DNA of 64,000 nt from Syntrophomonadaceae bacterium. GTDB taxonomy: Bacteria > Bacillota > Dethiobacteria > DTU022. The DNA lies in the NCBI GenBank assembly GCA_007119965.1, contig SKOR01000044.1:8270-72269 (forward strand). The letters run 5' to 3'. Numbering within the stretch: the first letter of the stretch is position 1; each line of letters starts with the position of its first letter. The notes under the pieces were generated by a model. It saw only the letters and a list, made by a program, of their open reading frames with translations. It searched no databases and was not told the origin of the DNA. This document shows, piece after piece, positions 59,977 through 64,000 of this stretch. The position numbers and the translations under genes were made by a program.

Positions 59977-60390
59977 TCAGCCAGCCTTCGCCGGTTGGCG
60001 GTTCAGATATGTGATCGAAAGCTGTAAGGCTGAAGCAAATATAACCCAGGCCAGGTAAGGGATGTTGATGTAGGTTACCCAGCTTAAGTGAGGCCAGACA
60101 GCTAGCAGCGCCCAGATCAGGGTGATCAGGACCAGGAGAATATCAACTGAGGCCAGCAGGTTGTTTTTAAGCCCGAACTGAAAATATGTAAAAGAAAAAT
60201 TAAAAATAAGGTTGAAGGCGAACGGGATTGCCACCACCCGGGAGAGCGCTGCCGTGGCGGTCTCGTAAAATACAGCGCCAAACGAAATAAAAATGATCAC
60301 GTACAGCACCGACCAGACAGGGCCGAAGAGCGAAGCCGGCGGGGACCACTTTGGTTTTTTTAGCTGTAAATACCAGTTGTAACTATCCAT
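59977..60390 (-). CDS. tspO: TspO/MBR tryptophan-rich sensory protein
   Basis: WY..L.KP.W.PP...FGPVW..LY, PYLAW..FA. Confidence 0.9.
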   Translation of the reverse strand: MDSYNWYLQLKKPKWSPPASLFGPVWSVLYVIIFISFGAVFYETATAALSRVVAIPFAFNLIFNFSFTYFQFGLKNNLLASVDILLVLITLIWALLAVWPHLSWVTYINIPYLAWVIFASALQLSITYLNRQPAKAG

Positions 60391-60426
60391 GCAAGCATTA
60401 TCTCACTTATGTATAGATAAATACAA

Positions 60427-60930
60427 TTACCGAAAGCATGGCGGGTTTGCCAGGCTTTTAATCATCAGGTAGTCGGTCTCCTGCTCTTTAACTTTTTCAA
60501 AGCCAAGCCGCTTATAAAGGTTGACTGCCCTGTTCTTTTTATTGACACTCAGCGAGAGTTTTTTAAAACCGATGGCATTTAACTCTGTAAACAAGTGCTC
60601 CATCAGTGTTGTGCCAATACCTCTGCCCCGGTAATCGGGCCGAACCGCAAAAACCAGCTCTGGCACAGCCGGGTCTATAAAACCGTAGCCCCCTGATGCA
60701 GCATCTTTAAACTGCCTGGTCCAGGCAGCACCTATCTTGTTACCATCAAGCTCTGCTATAACCCCGCAATCAGTTTCCTTCATCCAGTCATCTGTATACT
60801 TAAGAAGCTCCGGTATATCAATAATCGAGAAAGGAGGTTTATCAGCACCCGGTGGCAGGTGTATTGATTCATAAAGCATTTCTCTTAAAAATTGTTGATC
60901 TTCCGGCCCTGCTTTCCTTATGGTTGCCAT
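60427..60930 (-). CDS. GNAT-family acetyltransferase
   Basis: GAAW.R, YGFID...PEL, YRGRGIGT, LSLSV...N.A..LY.R.GF. Confidence 0.9.
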   Translation of the reverse strand: MATIRKAGPEDQQFLREMLYESIHLPPGADKPPFSIIDIPELLKYTDDWMKETDCGVIAELDGNKIGAAWTRQFKDAASGGYGFIDPAVPELVFAVRPDYRGRGIGTTLMEHLFTELNAIGFKKLSLSVNKKNRAVNLYKRLGFEKVKEQETDYLMIKSLANPPCFR

Positions 60931-61084
60931 ATTAAGATCACCAGTCCCTTTGTTGTTAATTACGCCTAGTTTATCATATGTTTCCGGTATAATCCGCACT
61001 CTGTCCACTTAAAGTTCACTTTTGGCCTGATTTGGTGAATATGTAAAATGACTGGTATAATCTATCCAGCGGAGGTCTTGGTTA

Positions 61085-62062
61085 ATGGACAGATATGATG
61101 AACGCGATACAATATTTTCCCGGATGGAACTTGTTCCCGGAAGTGAACGCTACAAAACCTATTATGCAAGACGGCCGGAACTTGAGGAAACGGATGCCGG
61201 GCTGCGGTTCGCTGCCGGTGGAACCTACAGGGCGGGTGTAATTGAGCAGGCCCGGGTTAGCTCTGCTTTCCGTTTTTTGCATGACACCCGTCCCCTGGCC
61301 ACGGGCCGGGGTCAGGCTGCCGGGCTTAAGCCTGATCGTAAGCCCCCACCTGACAAAGAATCTTTTATCTTAACCGGCAGCATGCTCAGGGATATTGCTT
61401 TCGACTATGGTGCAGTTTCTTTCGGGTATTCAGCACTTAAGATGGAATGCTTTTACAATGTCCGGGGCCGGGGATATGAATACGGAAAACCGGTCAGTGA
61501 ACCGCTGCGCAATGCCCTGGTCTATGCTGTAGAAATGAAGCGGGAAAAAGTTGAAAAAGCTCCACGGGTTGACGAAACTTATGAGGTAGCCAGGGGCTAT
61601 ATCCGGGCTATGGTAATTGGCATGGCTCTAAGCTATTTCCTGCGTGAACTGGGCTACCGGGCGCGCTCACACCTGGAGGGGGAAAGCGAACTTGTTCTGC
61701 CCGCCGCAGCCCGCAGTGCAGGGCTTGGTGAAATAGGACGGATGGGCCTGCTTCTAACTGACATTTACGGGCCCCGGGTTCGCCTGGGTGCAGTAACTAC
61801 AGATTACCCGGTTGACGCACTTCCCGGGGAATATATGCCTGTACAGGAAGCAGGCAAGGTGAAACAGTTCTGCTCAAAATGCGGCATATGCGCCAGGCGC
61901 TGCCCCGGCAAGGCGATCCCTGAAGGTGAAGATTTAGCAGAATCAGCCGAAACCGGAAAGCCGCAGTGGACAGTGAACCCGGAATCATGTTATTCGATCT
62001 GGAAAAAATATGGCACGGATTGCGGTATTTGTGTCTCTGTTTGCCCCTACGGCAGCGCTTAG
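61085..62062 (+). CDS. reductive-dehalogenase/QueG-like cobalamin and 2x[4Fe-4S] protein
   Basis: DERD..FSR N-terminus, LRELGY.A, AGLGE.GR.G, YGPRVRL..V.TD, CSKCGICARRCP, C...DCGICVSVCP. Confidence 0.8.
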   Translation: MDRYDERDTIFSRMELVPGSERYKTYYARRPELEETDAGLRFAAGGTYRAGVIEQARVSSAFRFLHDTRPLATGRGQAAGLKPDRKPPPDKESFILTGSMLRDIAFDYGAVSFGYSALKMECFYNVRGRGYEYGKPVSEPLRNALVYAVEMKREKVEKAPRVDETYEVARGYIRAMVIGMALSYFLRELGYRARSHLEGESELVLPAAARSAGLGEIGRMGLLLTDIYGPRVRLGAVTTDYPVDALPGEYMPVQEAGKVKQFCSKCGICARRCPGKAIPEGEDLAESAETGKPQWTVNPESCYSIWKKYGTDCGICVSVCPYGSA

Positions 62063-62118
62063 CAGGCAGCCCGTTCCACTGCTGCCAGTATTGTTTCATC
62101 CAAAAGGAGGGCCGAAAA

Positions 62119-62814
62119 GTGATCTGGCCAGGGCAACCTGCGGAAGTAATAGAACGGATCCAGGGTGTAAAAGGTGAAATACAGCTTCAGCGCCGGGGCA
62201 GTGAATATGAAATAATCTATAACGGCGTATTTCTGATGGCCACTTATAATGGGGCTTCAGAAAAAGAATCTGTCAGGGAAGCGCTGCAGATTGTTTCCAA
62301 CCGGTTCATCGCACCTTTTAATGTCCTGATCGGCGGCCTGGGCGTTGGTTACAGCCTCCGGGAAGCTCTTGCCTGCAGCGGGGTTGGCCGAGTAAAAGTA
62401 GCTGAAATTGAACCCGCCGTTATTAAATGGAACCGCAGCTTCTTAAAGGAAGTTAATAACCATGCTCTCGAAGACTCCAGGACCTTGCTGGCTGTAAATG
62501 ATTTCCGCAGGGTTTTGGAAGAAGACGCTTCCGCGATTAAAGAATCCTTTGAAAAGCAGTACCATGTGATCATGGTTGATACCGATAATGGCAGCAGCTG
62601 GCTTTCCCTGCCTTCCAACAGTTTCTTTTACAGCCCGGAAGGGCTGCAGTTAATAAAAAACTGCCTGCAGTCCTCAGGTGCAGCCTGTTTCTGGTGTTCC
62701 AGGAGAGAAGCAGACTTTGAGGGAAGGCTGCAGGAGATCTTCAAACAGGTTAGCTTCCGTACTGTACTGGAGGAAACAGGCCGGGAAGGCTGCTACTACC
62801 TGGTTGAAAAATAA
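62119..62814 (+). CDS. spermine/spermidine-synthase-like methyltransferase-fold protein
   Basis: AAGGAGG RBS with GTG; NGVFLMATYNG.SE, VLIGGLG.G, VAEIE..V..W, DTDNG. Confidence 0.85.
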   Translation: MIWPGQPAEVIERIQGVKGEIQLQRRGSEYEIIYNGVFLMATYNGASEKESVREALQIVSNRFIAPFNVLIGGLGVGYSLREALACSGVGRVKVAEIEPAVIKWNRSFLKEVNNHALEDSRTLLAVNDFRRVLEEDASAIKESFEKQYHVIMVDTDNGSSWLSLPSNSFFYSPEGLQLIKNCLQSSGAACFWCSRREADFEGRLQEIFKQVSFRTVLEETGREGCYYLVEK

Positions 62815-62979
62815 ACTGCCTGGGCAATATCCTCAAAGGTGCTATGGTAGTGCATCCTGGAAACGCAGGTATTCTGGTGGGGTTTTATTGCCGTACTGCA
62901 GCGCATGCAAATTTTAATTGAAATTTGTTATAATAAGTAAATAGTCGCGTTTCTTAAAACTGAAAGGGCTGGTGGTTAC

Positions 62980-63957
62980 TTGAATTTAAAAAGCCTGCGC
63001 AACCCGGACCTCTACCACGGCAGATTGGGTAAGAATTTTTTTGAAGGCTGGTATTTTAAATTGGTCGACAGGGATATGGAACACGCCTTTGCTTTTATTC
63101 CCGGAGTTTTTTTCAGCCCGGACCCGGAACACGACCATGCCTTTATCCAAATAGTGGACGGTATAAAAAAAACATATCGCTATGAGCGTTATCCCAGTAA
63201 AAAGTTTTCAGCTTCCCAAGATATATTTTCCGTTGATATTGCCGGCAGCAGCTTCGGCCGAAGCGGCATTTCATTTAATCCGGACGGTAACGCCGGCAAT
63301 ATCAACGGCGAGCTTGAATTCAGCAACCATCTTGCCTGGCCGGACAGCATTTTAAACCCGGGCAGTATGGGCTTTTACAACTACATCTTAAAGATGCAGT
63401 GTTACAGCCAGGTCTGCGCTATGGATTTTGACTTAAACGGCTCCCTGGAAGTTAACGGACAAATAGTTGATTTCAATGGCGGAAAAGGATACATCGAAAA
63501 AAACTGGGGTTCAGCCTTCCCGTACTCCTGGATCTGGATTCAATGCAACCATTTCCAAAAAGAGCGGGTTTCGTTAAGCTGTTCCCTCGGGCATATCCCG
63601 TTCCTCATTTCCAGCTTCAGGGGTTTCTTAGTAGGCCTTTATATCGGTGGCAGCTTTTATGAATTTACCACAATGAACCGCAGTACAGCAGAAGTGATCC
63701 AAAAGGGAACCGACATAACAATGCATTTAAAAAACAGGCACTGCAGCCTGACTATCGATTGTGAAACCAGCAGCGAAGACTTCATTCTCTTAAACGGCCC
63801 GCGCGGTGATCAAATGGTACCCCTGGTCTATGAAAACCTGCAGGGTCTGGTTCACATTACCCTCAAAGAAAACGCAGGCGGCAGGACAATCTTTTCTGAC
63901 AGCGGCCGCTGCGCCGGGGTTGAATACGGCGGAGAGCAAATGATGGTGCTGGGGTAA
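62980..63957 (+). CDS. tocopherol cyclase family protein
   Basis: FFEGWYFK, AFIPG, MG.Y, GKGYIEKNWG..FP..W.W.Q.N. Confidence 0.85.
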   Translation: MNLKSLRNPDLYHGRLGKNFFEGWYFKLVDRDMEHAFAFIPGVFFSPDPEHDHAFIQIVDGIKKTYRYERYPSKKFSASQDIFSVDIAGSSFGRSGISFNPDGNAGNINGELEFSNHLAWPDSILNPGSMGFYNYILKMQCYSQVCAMDFDLNGSLEVNGQIVDFNGGKGYIEKNWGSAFPYSWIWIQCNHFQKERVSLSCSLGHIPFLISSFRGFLVGLYIGGSFYEFTTMNRSTAEVIQKGTDITMHLKNRHCSLTIDCETSSEDFILLNGPRGDQMVPLVYENLQGLVHITLKENAGGRTIFSDSGRCAGVEYGGEQMMVLG

Positions 63958-64000
63958 TCAGGCTAATGCCCGGGAGTTTAGCAGGCAGGAAATAGAGAAA

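Noticed and set aside
61966-62118. N-terminal extension of the spermidine-synthase-like ORF
   Set aside because: It overlaps the upstream gene; AAGGAGG plus GTG at 62119 is the better start
1-64000. tRNA-Pyl, pyl genes, other tRNA/rRNA, selenoprotein TGA readthrough, transposases
   Set aside because: None recognised by eye; no TGA-terminated gene looks truncated; tRNAscan/Aragorn and Rfam were not run

Overview
Gene-dense chromosomal window from an anaerobic Bacillota (Firmicutes) bacterium, possibly Dethiobacteria/Clostridia-like (inferred from gene content and SigA/SigH-type promoters). About 56 CDS are supported: glmM-glmS, glnS-asnS, a c-di-GMP signalling cluster (four HD-GYP proteins, one also GGDEF, one with a MEDS sensor) around a large acidic surface protein, copper genes (copB; csoR, YHS, copZ, copA with three CsoR operators), PBP1A, an OmpR/HK pair, cysE, a LacI-linked MoaD-AOR-ADH-SDR-AtoE cluster, iscS and assorted enzymes. 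No rRNA, tRNA, CRISPR array or transposase was recognised. Main signal: amber (TAG) recoding. A dimethylamine methyltransferase mtbB (55231-56619, -) has the canonical in-frame pyrrolysine TAG. An otherwise intact GNAT acetyltransferase (44804-45298, +) also has one in-frame TAG, making it a candidate non-methyltransferase Pyl protein or an amber-rescued allele. TAG still ends about 12 other genes. Also noted: probable AUA/AUC/AUU starts in several genes, a REP/BIME-like repeat family, paired LacI operators about 100 bp apart, and two small membrane ORFs missed by the ORF track. All calls come from reading the sequence; no searches were run.
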